64,000 nt of DNA, from contig OX597830.1 in NCBI GenBank assembly GCA_951406725.2, forward strand, positions 73,842,001-73,906,000. Direction: 5' to 3'. Made by a program: the position numbers and the translations under genes. Each line of letters begins with the position of its first letter. The first letter of the stretch is position 1. The notes beneath the pieces were generated by a model, which worked only from the letters and a program-made list of their open reading frames with translations, did not search any database and had not been told where the DNA came from. This document shows, piece by piece, positions 25,441 through 38,777 of this stretch. Source of the DNA: Octopus vulgaris (taxonomy: Eukaryota).

Positions 25441-25595
25441 TAGAAAAATACCTTAGGAATGAGAACCCAGGTTCGAAATTTCCCCCAAGACACCTAAAGA
25501 AAGCTGGAGGGTATATCAGCCGATACGTTGTGTTAACAACAAACAAGATGAGGACAAATATCCGACGAATGTAAATAATGTAAATAATGTACGTT
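25440..25595 (+). mobile_element. Penelope pLTR-like fragment with degenerate hammerhead (25490-25533)
   Basis: ACAC-CUAAAGA-AAGCUG..CAGCC-GAUA-CG-UU-GUGU; homologous to 63890-64000 (-), which keeps CUGAAGA and GAAA. Confidence 0.6.
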
Positions 25596-26310
25596 TATAA
25601 TCTCTAGAGAAGTAATCAACGACGGTGTTACAGCTGCGACTATCAGTCTTTATTTATTTGTTTGTGGATAGCAGAGGTAGACAAAGACTTTTCTCATTAG
25701 CGAGGACAGCCTGTGATTTAAAGGATATGAGGTTGCTTATTTCTAGCACCTCCGACATCCACATAAAAGGCTGCCCCGTTGACTTGTTTATGCCGTCGTT
25801 TCTGTTGTGGTTAGTGATCTTTTACCGCCTTTAGAAGAGGGCAATTAAAGGTTATAAAGATGCCGCCGTTCGTAGCATCAAAAATACGAAAAGAAAACAA
25901 AAATCCATTTCCAGCGCAAAACGTCGCACATCGTAAAAATGCAGCCAGCACCAACACCGTCACCACCATGTGGTTGTGCATGTAGTAGTAGTAGTAGTAG
26001 TAGTAGTAGTGTTTTAATGTTGGTGGTGATGTTAACGATGGTGATGGTGGCGGTGGTGTTGGCATGAGCGAGATTCATGGAGGTAGTGATGTTGGTGTTG
26101 GTAGTGGAGGCTATGATTGCGCTAGTGGTGGTAGTTGTGGTGGTAGTTGTGGTAGTAGTTGTGGTGGTGTTGGCGGTGGTGGTGGTGGTGGTGGTGGCTG
26201 CGGTGGCGGTGGTGATGGTGAGGTGGTGGCGGTGGTGGTGGCTTCCGTGGTGGTAGCAGTGGTAGTAGTCAGTAAATTAGTCTTGGAAATTGTAGGGGTC
26301 GGGTAGAATA

Positions 26311-26405
<95 letters not shown>

Positions 26406-26824
26406 GTGAGTGTGTCAGTGTGTGTGCGTGTGTGTGTGTGTGTATGTAAAAATAAAAGAAAAAACAAATAAAAAGCAATAAAGAAACACTGGAGCGAAAT
26501 CCTTACAAATCGTTATTTATTGCTAGTTTTTTGCTTGTTCGCCCTAAGATAATCTCAGGCGACAAATAGTCGGCCATTTAAACTAAACCGCTCAACGACA
26601 AAAATGGCTTCCTGTAAAAGGTTTAAACGCCAAAACCCACCTCGTAAAATATATAACAATGACAGCAACAACAGTAGCAACAACAACAACAACAATACTT
26701 ACGATAACAACAATGCGAAGTCAACGGCTGATCCCTTGCGTTGTCGTTCGACTTGATGAAGACAGCAGCTAAACCTGTATCCATTCACATACCATGGCGT
26801 CTAAAGAAAGTGATATTTGAATAC

Positions 26825-27043
26825 TCTTTACTCTTTTGCTCTTTTACTTGTTTCAGCCTGTTGACTGTGGCCATGCTGGAGCACCGCCTTTAGTCGAGCA
26901 AATCGACCCCAGGACTTATTCTTTGTAAGCTTAGTACTTATTCTATCGGTCTCTTTTGCCGAACCGCTAGGTTACGGGTACGTAAACACACCAGCATCGG
27001 TTGTCAAGCGATGTTGGGGGGACAAACACAGACACACAAGTAC

Positions 27044-27106
<63 letters not shown>

Positions 27107-27615
27107 TATACATATATACGACGGTCTTCTTTCAGTTCCCGTCTACCAAATCCACTCACAAGGCTTTCGTCAGCCCGAGACTATAGTAGAAGACACTTTC
27201 CTAAGGTGCCACGCAGTGGGACTGAACCCGGAACCATGTGGTTGGTAAGCAAGCTACTTACCACACAGCCTGCGCTGATAACGTCGATGTTTTATCGCTT
27301 ACTTGCTGTAGTCACTGACCAGCGGTCATATTGGGGCATCGCTTTGAAGAGTGAAGTGGAGTAAACCGATAGCCGTAGTTATTTTAAAGTCTAGTACTAA
27401 TTCTATCGGTTATTTTTGCCGAACCGCTAAGTTGCGGGGGTGGGGGCAACACAAACACTCACATATATATGTTTGTGCGACTGGCTTTCACCAGTTTCCG
27501 TCTACCAAATTCTCTCACAAAGCATTGGTCATCTCTGGATTGTAATAGAAAATACTCTCCCAAAGTAGCGGTCAGTGAGATTAAACACAAAACCGTGTAG
27601 CTGCAAAACGAGCTT
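26825..27615 (-). mobile_element. Two tandem SINE family C copies (26825-27275 and older 27300-27615)
   Basis: Family C body and tail motifs. Confidence 0.8.
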
Positions 27616-28189
27616 CTCGTCCCCACATCATGGTATGGTCAAGGTTAGATGGTCTTCGAGCATAAGTCCGCTCTACTCAATGCGATTTGGCCAACAGGTA
27701 AACAATACCAATAATGATGTAGTAAAAACAAGGTTGTTTGACCTGTTAGAAATAGCAGTATGTTCTCTCATGGCCTAACGTCTTAAAAGAATAACACCTT
27801 AGATAATGTATTTTCTAGAGTTGCCGTTTTAAAAGAATAGGAAGTAAGGCGTTAAAAGCGAGAACAACGTTGCAGTCGGAGAAGGGCTTTCGTTAGAAAT
27901 CACACGCGCGTACACACAAAGAATAAACAGGTAAAAAGAAGTTAAAATTGGAATAAAAATGATTGGTCGAGCTAATTAACAGCACCCGTCCCAAATCAAT
28001 AATTCTGAAGAGACAACACTCAATTCTAGCGATTTTAGTACTTCACCGGAAATATGATAGGAAAAATGTGAATTCGACAAATTTTGATACAGTAATAAAA
28101 CTAATTAATAACGTTGATATTCTTATTAACAGCAACAAATCACTACCAAAGAGTCATATCCAGTTCGAATAAGGTCCCACTCACCAATT

Positions 28190-28720
28190 ATAGACTAAGG
28201 GTCATGTACTGCAATAGCTTAGGGTCCGAGGTTCTACAGCTGTTTAATATCTTGCCAGGAAATTTAGGGTTCCTACAAGGAGTAATGGCAAATGATCTCA
28301 AGAAGCGCCTTGAGCTTTTGCTGCCCAAAATTTCACCAGAGATCTTGTTCAGCAGAAAGTCAAGAAACTTAAATAAGGACAACAATATCAAGCTCTATCA
28401 TTCGCAAAAGCCAACCTATATGGGAATGGGCATTAAGCCAGGGCTAGACCATGGGTCAAGTACTGCAATCGCTTACGGTCCGAGGATCCACAGCTCTTTA
28501 ATATCTAGCTAAGAAATCTAAGGTTACAACAAGGAGTGATGGCAAATGATTTCAAGAAGCGCCTTGGTTTTTGCTGCCCAGAGATCTTGAACAGAAGGTC
28601 ATAAATCTCTACCATTCTCCAAAGCCAACCTTCATGAGAAGGGCTATTATACAGGTGATGATAATGGCGGTGGACTAGCAGGGGTACAACCTTGGGTTAG
28701 GACGCATTAAAATATTAAGG
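28190..28720 (+). mobile_element. Tandemly duplicated, decayed CR1/L2-type LINE 3' end
   Basis: YCNSLG..QLFNILP..DLKKRLE homologous to 2026-2250; unit repeated ~255 bp apart; ends GGCGGTGG..AGCAGGG..CCTTGGG. Confidence 0.65.
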
Positions 28721-28939
28721 AATAGAATAATAATATATATGCACACATATCTCACCTCCCCTCCCCCTCATCTCTCCTCTCTCTCTACACTACACCATAT
28801 GACATTACACATCACATCATACATACATAGACACGTCCAGACCTCTCATACGCACTACATACTCTCTCATACACACACACACCCTTATGTTGGGGCGTTG
28901 GTCATTTGACCCTGTTATCTCCCCTATTTTCGGTCTTGC

Positions 28940-29190
28940 GTCTCACGTTTGATCTTTGACTTCTGGCCGGAATCAGATCACCATGTTGATTCGGTAGCTT
29001 CTGCACACATTTTTATTTCTCTCCTTGTTTCTTTCCGTGTTTCTTTTCTGTGTATCTTTCTGTTGAAGAGCGTAGGCTCGAAACGTAAAAGACTTGTTTT
29101 ATTTATATTCCTGAGCGCCATACTAATACAATTGTTTGTTTGTACTCCACCTGCCTTCGTCTTTTGTTTATTTCCATAAAGCTTCCCGTT
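28940..29190 (+). mobile_element. Penelope pLTR-like element with minimal hammerhead variant (29055-29092)
   Basis: UCUUU-CUGUUGA-A-GAGC(GUAG)GCUC-GAAA-CG-UA-AAAGA; related copies at ~47057 (-), ~50600 (+) and ~50815 (-). Confidence 0.7.
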
Positions 29191-29245
29191 ATACATATAT
29201 ACGTATGTATATATATATATACATATATACCTATGTATATATATC

Positions 29246-29304
<59 letters not shown>

Positions 29305-29360
29305 GAAATATTAAAATTACTAAGTCTCTCTCTATATATATGTATATATGTATATATGTA

Positions 29361-29394
<34 letters not shown>

Positions 29395-29396
<2 letters not shown>

Positions 29397-29603
29397 TGTG
29401 TCTGTGTCCCCCTAGCATCGCTTGACAACCGATGCTGGTGTGTTTACGTCCCCGTTACTTAGCGGTTCGGCAAAAGAGACCGATAGAATAAGTACTAGGC
29501 TTACAAAAGAATAAGTCCCGGGGTCGAGTTGCTCGATTAAAGGCGGTGCTCCAGCATGGCCGCAGTCAAATGACTGAAACAAGTAAAAGAGAGAGTAAAA
29601 GAG

Positions 29604-29605
<2 letters not shown>
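29395..29605 (+). mobile_element. SINE family C, 3' half
   Basis: Close match to the family tail. Confidence 0.88.
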
Positions 29606-29634
<29 letters not shown>

Positions 29635-29909
29635 GTATATATGCGTATATATTTATATATATTATGCGTGTGTGTGTATGTGTGTGTGTGTATGTGTATG
29701 CACACACAAACAAGGAGGTGAGAGAAGTAAAAGATAGTCAATCAGAGAGGTCCGTTACGCGAAGCGACAAAGAGACGTGTTGCCATTTTGAAAAGCAAAG
29801 AGACTAATAAACAAAATGACGGCCAACAAATAACGACCTCTTTAACATTAATAGCAATTGACACAGCCACCTAGCGTATGTTTCAGGTTATTTACTCTTG
29901 CTCCTAAAT

Positions 29910-30074
29910 GCTGTGTGCGTGTGTGTACGTGTGTGTCTGTGTGTGTGTGTGTGTGTGTCTGTGTGTGTGTGTGTGTCTGTGTGTTTGTGTTTGTATTAAA
30001 TATGTGACATATTACGCGCAGTCACTTCGGTATTTTATTGTGGGTGTAAATATATATGGATATGGGTGTTATGA

Positions 30075-30132
<58 letters not shown>

Positions 30133-30145
30133 TTGTATATATATA

Positions 30146-30236
<91 letters not shown>

Positions 30237-30331
30237 ATGCGTGTGTGTATGTGTGTGTGTATGCATGTGTGTGTATTCACGTTTTAACGTTTTGATTTGT
30301 GCTAAGGATTGTCTTTCGGATTTTTTATGCA

Positions 30332-30410
<79 letters not shown>
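29910..30410. repeat. (TG)/(TA)/(TTA) compound microsatellite
   Basis: Directly visible. Confidence 0.95.
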
Positions 30411-31129
30411 TATCTTTTACTGTCATACTGACACACTAAGCCCCACCACCACCACCACCACCACTGTTTATGCGTTTCGCCCTGCGGTGCTCGTCATTCG
30501 CTGCCCCTTGTGGCAATAAAGAAATTTTCCTCATCATTATCATTATCGCCCTTATTATTATCATTATTATTATTATTATTATTATTATTGTTTTGTTGTA
30601 GTGGCAATTGTTAATGATGTTCCACGTTTTTATATGTTTTATGTTCGGCTTTATTTTAATCCTGTCGACCGGCAAACGAGCCAGCAATATGCTGTCTTGT
30701 TTATTACTGTTTTATGATTGCCGTAAGCGAGTTTTGAGCTCGTACAATATTTATTTATTTATTTATTTACATACTTATTTATGATGCTAACATGTCGGGG
30801 GCCCTTTTGCTACAATGTCGGCTGTAAATACGTGTGTGTGTGTGTGTGTGTTTGTGTTTGTGTATGTGTGTTTGTGGTTAGAAAAGAAAGGAGGGGATAC
30901 AGATTACACGTCGTAAACATTGGAGTGCCGAGAGAACCCTTTTCACGCTTTGGCTCTCGCTCTCGCTCTTGATCTCGCTCTCGCTGTCTAATCTCTTTCA
31001 TTCATTGCTTGTGGCAGTTTTATAATGTCGTGTTTGTTCTGAGGATGTTTTAGGAGAGAAAAGGGCGTGAACGTCCTATTCTCGTAAATAAAGATAAAAA
31101 CCAGACACGAAACCACTGAGTCAATAAAA

Positions 31130-31350
<221 letters not shown>

Positions 31351-31394
31351 AATACTAATACTTTCTGTCTGCTATAGATAGGCTTGAAATTTGG

Positions 31395-31938
31395 AGAGCG
31401 GTTAAGTCGATTACATCGACCCTAGTGCAAATCTGATACTTATTTCATCGATTCCGAAAGTATGACAGGCAAAGTCGACCTCGGTGGAATTTGGACTCAG
31501 AACGTAACGGCATACGAAAAACCTGTTTCTTTATTACCTACAAGGGGCTAAACACAGAGGAGACAAACAAGGACAGACAAACAGATTAAGTCGATTACGT
31601 TGACCTCTGTGTATAAGTTGTTCTTAATTTATCGACTTCAAAAGTATGAAAGGCGAAGTCGACCTCGGCGGAATTTGAACTCAGAACGTAACGGCAGACG
31701 AAAAACCTGTTTCATTATTACCTACAAGGGGCTAAACACAGAGGAGACAAACAAGGACAGATAACCAAATTAAGTCGATTACATTGACCTCAGTGTGTAA
31801 GTGGTACTTAATTTATCGACCTCAAAATTATGAAAGGCGAAGTCGACCTCCGTTGAATTTGAACTCAGAACGTAACGGCAGACGAAATACCGCTAAGAAT
31901 TTCGCCCGGCGTGCTAAAGTTTCTGCCAGCTCACCACC
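31395..31938 (-). mobile_element. SINE family A trimer (one head plus two headless units, ~183-bp period)
   Basis: GTCGACCTC..GAATTTG..CTCAGAACGTAACGGCA occurs three times. Confidence 0.88.
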
Positions 31939-32081
31939 TTACATAAGACACAAATAACAATAACAATAATTAAGAAAATAGTAACAACAAAATTTTCTAA
32001 TATAGGGCAAATGCCAAATAGGGGGCCAGTAACTCCACAGATTCCAAATCACCCTACTCGCTAAGACTACCACGGTTATTG

Positions 32082-32463
32082 GCGGCGCAATGGCCCAGTG
32101 GTTAGGGCAGCGGACTCGCGGTCATAGGATCGCGGTTTCGATTACCAGACCGGGCGTTGTGAGTGTTTATAGAGCGAAAACACCTAAAGCTCCACGAGGC
32201 TCCGGCAGGGGATGTTGGTGATCCCTGCTGTACTCTTTCACCACAACTTTCTCTCACTCTTACTTCCTGTTTCTGTTGTACCTGTATTTCAAAGGGCCGG
32301 CCTTGTCACTCTCTGTGTCACGCTGAATATCCCCGAGAACTACGTTAAGGGTACACGTGTCTGTGGAGTGCTCAGCCACTTACACGTTAATTTCACGAGC
32401 AGGCTGTTCCGTTGATTCGGATCAACCGGAACCCTCGTCGTCGTAACTGACGGAGTGCTTCAA
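32082..32463 (+). mobile_element. Full-length SINE family B
   Basis: TSD TACCAC(G/T)GTTATTG at 32068-32081 and 32464-32477; near-identical to 805-1194. Confidence 0.9.
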
Positions 32464-33117
32464 TACCACTGTTATTGCCTCTGTGCCTGTTACAAATATA
32501 TCAGCCTACAGGTTCGTATTAGAGTAGGATCAATCACTCAAGCTATTTTCGCTAAATTCACCTAACATTTTACAAATTTATTACGATCAAAGACCTTAAA
32601 TGATGGCTCTATAAGCGACGAAATAGAGGATATTTTTGATGATGTTGATGATGACAAGGACGATACGAGCTGAGTTAGAATGGCGTTGACTGACCATACG
32701 CGAATCAATAAATAAATAAATGAAGAGGGTGATAGTGATGAGCTGGTTGCTAGGGGTGAAATTGAGACGTCGCTCTTAAAACGTTAAAACAATGAAACCG
32801 TGAAAGAAATAGTGGCAGTTATGAGAAACAGAACGGAAACGAGGGTTGGGTTGGAAGATAATCGAAGAGCGGGAGAGGGGGTAAGAGGGAGAGAGAGGGA
32901 GAGAGAGAGAACAAGAGAGAAAGAAACAGAGAGAGACTGATAGATAGAAGAGGATGGGGAGATTCGGAAATAGATGGAGATTAATAAGAGGATAGACGAA
33001 AGTTCTGGAAAAAATGAGTCGAAGAGTATGAGAAGATAGTAAGGAGGAACAAAACAGTAAAGGAAGCAGTAAGATTTGAAGGTTTAGCTATAATACATAC
33101 ATACATACATACATACA

Positions 33118-33193
<76 letters not shown>

Positions 33194-33279
33194 TATATAT
33201 ATACATGTATATTTATATATATATATATATATGTACATGTATATATGCATATATATACATGTATATTTATATATACACA

Positions 33280-33430
33280 CATATGCATATATGGGTACAG
33301 GACGTCACAGTAAACAACATGAAATACGAAAACGAGTTAAGTACGCAAACAACGAAGAGAAATAAAATGGAAAACAGGACAAGTAACACAAAGAACGACC
33401 CTTCATCAGTGTCGGCTGTCTATCTACTCT
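33280..33430 (-). mobile_element. pLTR-like fragment with CTGATGAAGGGTC
   Basis: Shares ATGCATATATGGGTACAGGAC with ~2418 and ~49290. Confidence 0.55.
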
Positions 33431-33797
33431 TCATTATATATATATATATATCCATACACGTAACTCCGAATAAATTGGTTGAGTGCTCGTCTTTCGTTTG
33501 TCCATTCACTCGTATATATACATATACATATACATCTACATCTATACATACATATATATATACATATACATCTCTCTCTATATATATATGTATATATATA
33601 TATATACCTTTCACTTGTTTCAGACATTAGACTACAGCTATGCTTGGGCACAGGTTTGAAGAGTTTTAGTCGGGCGAATTGACTTATTCCATCAGACACT
33701 TGAAACGAACCTTTAATTTACGTGGACCTCAACGCATCAACGGCAGTTGTCAAGCGGTTGGGGGAGGAACACACAGACACACACACACGCGCGCGCG

Positions 33798-33840
<43 letters not shown>

Positions 33841-34326
33841 CTTTCAAATTTTGGCGCAAGGCCTACAATTCTAGTCAGAGGTTAATCGATTAAATTTTAG
33901 ATTCCTTGTAATTATCAGCCGTATATTTTCGCGTGTGTATGTGTGTGTGTGTTTCTGTGTGTGCGTGTCTGTTTCTGTGTCTGTGTGTCTGTATTAATGT
34001 GTGTGTCGGTGTATGTGTGTGCGTGTGTGCGTGCGTGCGTGTGTAATTTCATTTAGGTCTTAACCCTTTAGTTTGTCCTATAAAGCTCATTCACGGTCAA
34101 GGTTATCAGATAGATAGTAATCCGGAGATTTTTGATTATATCAAACTCATGTCTGAAAATCCCTAATAATCCGCAGAAATTCTGCAATTATAACCCAGAA
34201 GAACGGAATATGCAAGTCCTGTTATATTTTCGATTTATAATTGTTTCCTTGAAAATCAATCTCGTGAGCATTATGTATTTGTCAGTGCGTGAGTGCATGA
34301 GGTTATGCGTGTGTGTACACACATGA

Positions 34327-34412
<86 letters not shown>

Positions 34413-34514
34413 TCACTCACTCACACACTCTCTCACTCACTCACTCACTCACATGTACGTCTATATTTATGAGTGTAACTGAAAACATTCCTGTAATAGT
34501 ATTATGTTTCTTAG

Positions 34515-34743
34515 GGCCGCAAGCTGACAGAAACGTTAGCACGCCGGGCGAAATGCTTAGCGGTATTTCGCCTGCCGCTACGTTCTGAGTTCAAATTCCG
34601 CCGAGGTCGACTTTGCCTTTCATTCTTTCGGGGTCGATAAATAAATTACCAGTTTCGCGATGGGGTCGGTGTAATCGACTTAAGCCATTGTCTGTCCTTG
34701 TTTGTCCCCTCTATGTTTAGCCCCTTGTGGGTAGTAAAGAAAT
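34515..34743 (+). mobile_element. SINE family A, full copy
   Basis: Head through GGGTAGTAAAGAAAT; flanks TAGTATTATGTTTCT repeated as a TSD. Confidence 0.88.
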
Positions 34744-34818
34744 ATATGATAGTATTATGTTTCTCGAACCAAAAGTTATTGCTTGTTTTTTTATCTCATT
34801 ATTTAAGAGAATTTATAA

Positions 34819-35133
34819 AGGCGCGTGGCTCAGTGGTTAAGGATATACGGCTTACAATAAAAACATTGTGAGTTCAATTCCCTGCGGCACTTTGTGTCCT
34901 TGAGCATTACACTTTTTTTCACGTTGCTCAACTTCAATGAACAGACAAAAATGTGTATTGCCTGTATTTCAAAGGGCCTGCCTCATCACATTCTCTGTCA
35001 GGCTGAATTCCCTGAGAACTAAGTTAAGCTTATGCATATCTGTGGAGTACTCAGCCACTTGTATGTTCCTTTCACGAACTCGCTCTTCGGTTAATCGAAT
35101 CAAATGACACCTTCGTCGCCGTAACCAACGAAG
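34819..35133 (+). mobile_element. SINE with D-type head and B-type tail
   Basis: AGGCGCGTGGCTCAGTGG head; CCTGTATTTCAAAGGGCC..CGTCGCCGTAACC tail. Confidence 0.75.
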
Positions 35134-35135
35134 TA

Positions 35136-35693
35136 TTGGGTTGTCCGGAAAGTTCGTGCCGATTTTTAAAGGAAAGAAAAAGGTCAATAAATACTTGCCA
35201 TTACATTTTTAACCAACCAAATATGAACCATTTGGTTGCACAATGCGTCTCCATCTTTCCTTTAACTTGAAAATACCCTCTTCCCAGAATTGGGGTGGTT
35301 TCATGGCAAAGAATTCATCAAGGTATCTTTTTACGTCTTCCAAGGAATTGAAATTTTTACCATTAAGACAATTCTGCAGAGACTTGAATAAGTGGAAATC
35401 CGAAGGAGCAATATCTGATAAATATGGAGGGTGGGGTAACACGTCCCAGCCGAGCTGCAGCAATTTTTTTCTGGTTCCCAAAGCATCAAATGTCGAAAAT
35501 GAACTTTCTTATCTTCCATTTTAAAGAATTAAAACAGGTTATAGGAACATAAACCTTCTTCCACGAAAAGATAGCGTAAACTGTGCTCTAAATGGAAGTG
35601 TAGTCAAATCCTATTTTATGGACTCAACCATGTTCTAAAATAAGCCGAAAGGTAAGCTACAATAAATTGGCAAGAACTTTTCAGACAACCCAA
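35136..35693 (-). mobile_element. Internally deleted mariner
   Basis: TIRs TTGGGTTGTC(CG/TG)..AAAGTTC.TGCC.ATTT with TA TSD; MEDKKVHFRHLML joined to LGWDVLPHPPY..DIAPSDFHLF. Confidence 0.92.
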
Positions 35694-37289
35694 TACATGT
35701 ACGAAGATATATAATGTAATTTGAAATCTATTAGAATATATTTACATGCGTTTAAGAAACAGATACAAATTGACTTATCAAAAGCTTATACCTATATTCA
35801 AATATTTTTCATGTTTTATTAATCTATGAAAATATAAAGTGATTCCATTTTTGTAATATTTTTCATAGGATTGTACCCGATCAAAAACAGAAATTGAGAA
35901 AGATTTGAAGATCTGAGGTTGAGGTTAGTCAAATTTAATATATTATTTACATCACTCATTTGCATGTCCTTTTTTTCATTTTCAAAATTTATATTTGAAA
36001 GTATTTCATTATTTTCAGTCAGCAGAAGTTACAAAGTTACTCAAGTGCCGAAAGTTTCGGGTATGGCAAATAATATCTAATTTTGCTAAGTACTAAGCAG
36101 GAATCGTTTCGGTTTTTGCATTACGAATTCTCCTAATTAAAACTGACATCATTATAACTATTTTAATTTATAAAGTTCTTTTTCTCTTGAGTGTTCTAGC
36201 AAATATATTTGAGCGTATAAATGCTTGAGTATCAAAGTTTCAGTCAAGCACTGGATTTGACGGAATCAGCTAACCCTTTCCCCTCGAAAATCGCTGGCCA
36301 CGTGCCTGCGCGTTAGCAGAATCCTTAGCATGCCGGACGAAATATTCGCAGCATTTCTTCCGAATTAACGTTCCGAGTACAAATTTTGTCTTCCATCCTG
36401 TCAGGGTCGATTAAATAACTACCAGTTGAGCACTAGGGGTCAATGAAGTCGACTAGACCCCCTCCAAAAAGTTTCTGGCCTTGTGCTTATTGTAGAAAGG
36501 ATGAATATTATTGTTTAACATCATATTTTCAACAGGCTTTTATGAGTGTCTAATGCACCAAAAAGGGTCCCCTCCATGTTTCTGAGGTGTGTGCATTATT
36601 ATATTTAGGCGATGCAGCCTTCTGTTTATATGCATCAACAGTTTTGCTTTGTTTTGGGCTTTGATTGTAGTTAATTGTTGTTATTTTCCATTTTGCTAGT
36701 TGATGAATGTATTTATACACCCTGTATGGCTGATATTGCGTGTTTAAGTGTGGAACAGTGATTGCGTAGATTATGCAGTGTATGGCCGGTATTGTATTCA
36801 TAAACAGAGTAACAGCTGTCTATATTTAAGATTTTGTGATTCATTGGTATTATGATATCGTGTATCGAGGACAAAAGAGAATAGGTGTGCATATATTGTT
36901 GCTTGAATTGTGTTAATGAATTTAGAGGACGTTGACTGTATTTAACAGGGATATATTTCGATCTGTATGTCTGTGATTATAAATGCAGCTGTTCCACAGA
37001 GCTGGCTGATTTCACTCCCCTATCCTTCAAACAACACCTCCTCAATCGTCTTAACCCCTTTCGTCACCCTTCTTGAGTTCAAGTCCTGCATTAACCAATA
37101 TGTGCAGTCCATTCTCCTAGGAACAAGGGTCGTTTGTATTCACCTCAATGATCATATCTTACTCGGAGATATTAACTGGCATCAGTTGAGTGGAACATTA
37201 GCGAAAAGATTGCAAGATTCATGGGCAGCGCCCCCCCCCAAAAAAAAAAATCATTGTGTTCCAATATAAAGATTCCATGCGCTAATTCT

Positions 37290-37544
37290 TATACTCTTTT
37301 ACTTGTTTCAGTCAGTTGCCTGAGGCTTTGTAAGGCTTTTAGTCGAATGAATCGACCCCAGGACTTATTTTTAAAGCCTAGTACGTATTCTATCGGTTTC
37401 TTTTGCCGAACAGCTAATATACAGGGTCGCAAACACACCGAGCCGCTAAGTTACGTAAACTCACCAGCAGCAGTTGTCAAGTAGTGTGTTCGTGGGGGAA
37501 GGGCACAAAACAGTCACAAAGACACACACACATATAGATATATG

Positions 37545-37582
<38 letters not shown>

Positions 37583-37990
37583 ATATATATATATATATAC
37601 GACGGGCTTCTCCCAGTTTCCTATTTCTTTATTGGGGACAAACAAGGACAGACAAAGGGATTAAGTAGATGACATCGACCCCAGTGCGCAACTGGTGCTT
37701 AATTTATCGGCCCCGAAAAGGTGACAAGCAAAGTCGACCTCGGCGGAATTTGAACTCAGAACGTAACGGCAGACGAAATAAAACTAAGCATTTCGCCCGG
37801 CGTGCTAACATTTCTGCCAGCTTGTCGCCTTAACTTCCTTGAGTTTCCGTCTACCAAATCCTCTCACAAGGCTTTGGTCGGCCCGTTCCTATAGTAAAAG
37901 ACATTTACCCAAGGTGCCACGCAGTAAGATTGAACCTGGAATCATGTGGTTGGGAAGCAAGCTACTTACCACATAGCAACACCTGCGCTT
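37290..37990 (-). mobile_element. SINE family C with a nested family A SINE (~37620-37830)
   Basis: Family C sequence resumes at AGTTTCCGTCTACCAAATCC after the insert. Confidence 0.8.
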
Positions 37991-38404
37991 TTGAACGTTT
38001 TCTCATATGTTTACCATACATAGTGCTCTGATCCACCTTAGTACTATTTCAAATTTCGCTACCGACAAATTCCTTATTCCTTTTTTAAAATCCTTGTATT
38101 GTAACATTCCTCTACTTCCTTCCTGGTGATGTATTGAGCTGTAAAGATCGAGAAGAATCTCAGTGTTCAGACATCTTTTCTTATCAGTCTTTGTTCTTTG
38201 TAGCGAGACGGGTTTAATCTCAATCCCCGTATCAGACAGAACAGGCATGTCTCAGATGATTGCGGCGAAGGAGTTGTCACACAGGGTTTGTGGTACATAT
38301 AACATTTCTTAACTGTTTTCAGGTTGAAAAAAAAAAGAAGAATATAGGGTTCGTTGGAGAGAGCAGAGTCGGATTTGGCAAAAATTAGATGGCAGAAATT
38401 GATG

Positions 38405-38454
<50 letters not shown>

Positions 38455-38459
38455 CTAGC

Positions 38460-38720
38460 TCTTCGTAGGTTGGGACGACAAGCGTTCCAGTTGATTTGAT
38501 CTACAAACAACCTGTTCGTGATATTAGCGAGCATGTGGCTGAGTACCCCAAAGATACGCGTACCCATTAAGTAGTTCTCAGAATGTAACACGACTGACCC
38601 TTTGAATTGCAAGTACAACATTTTTTTTACCAGCTGAGTGGACGCAACGCGCCGCCGCGTATTGAACTCATGACTTTATGATCGTAAGCTGGATGCCCTT
38701 ACCGCTGAGATACGTGCCCT
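38460..38720 (-). mobile_element. Old SINE with D-like head and B-like tail
   Basis: Degenerate match to 34819-35133. Confidence 0.55.
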
Positions 38721-38744
38721 CACATACATACATACATACATACA

Positions 38745-38777
<33 letters not shown>

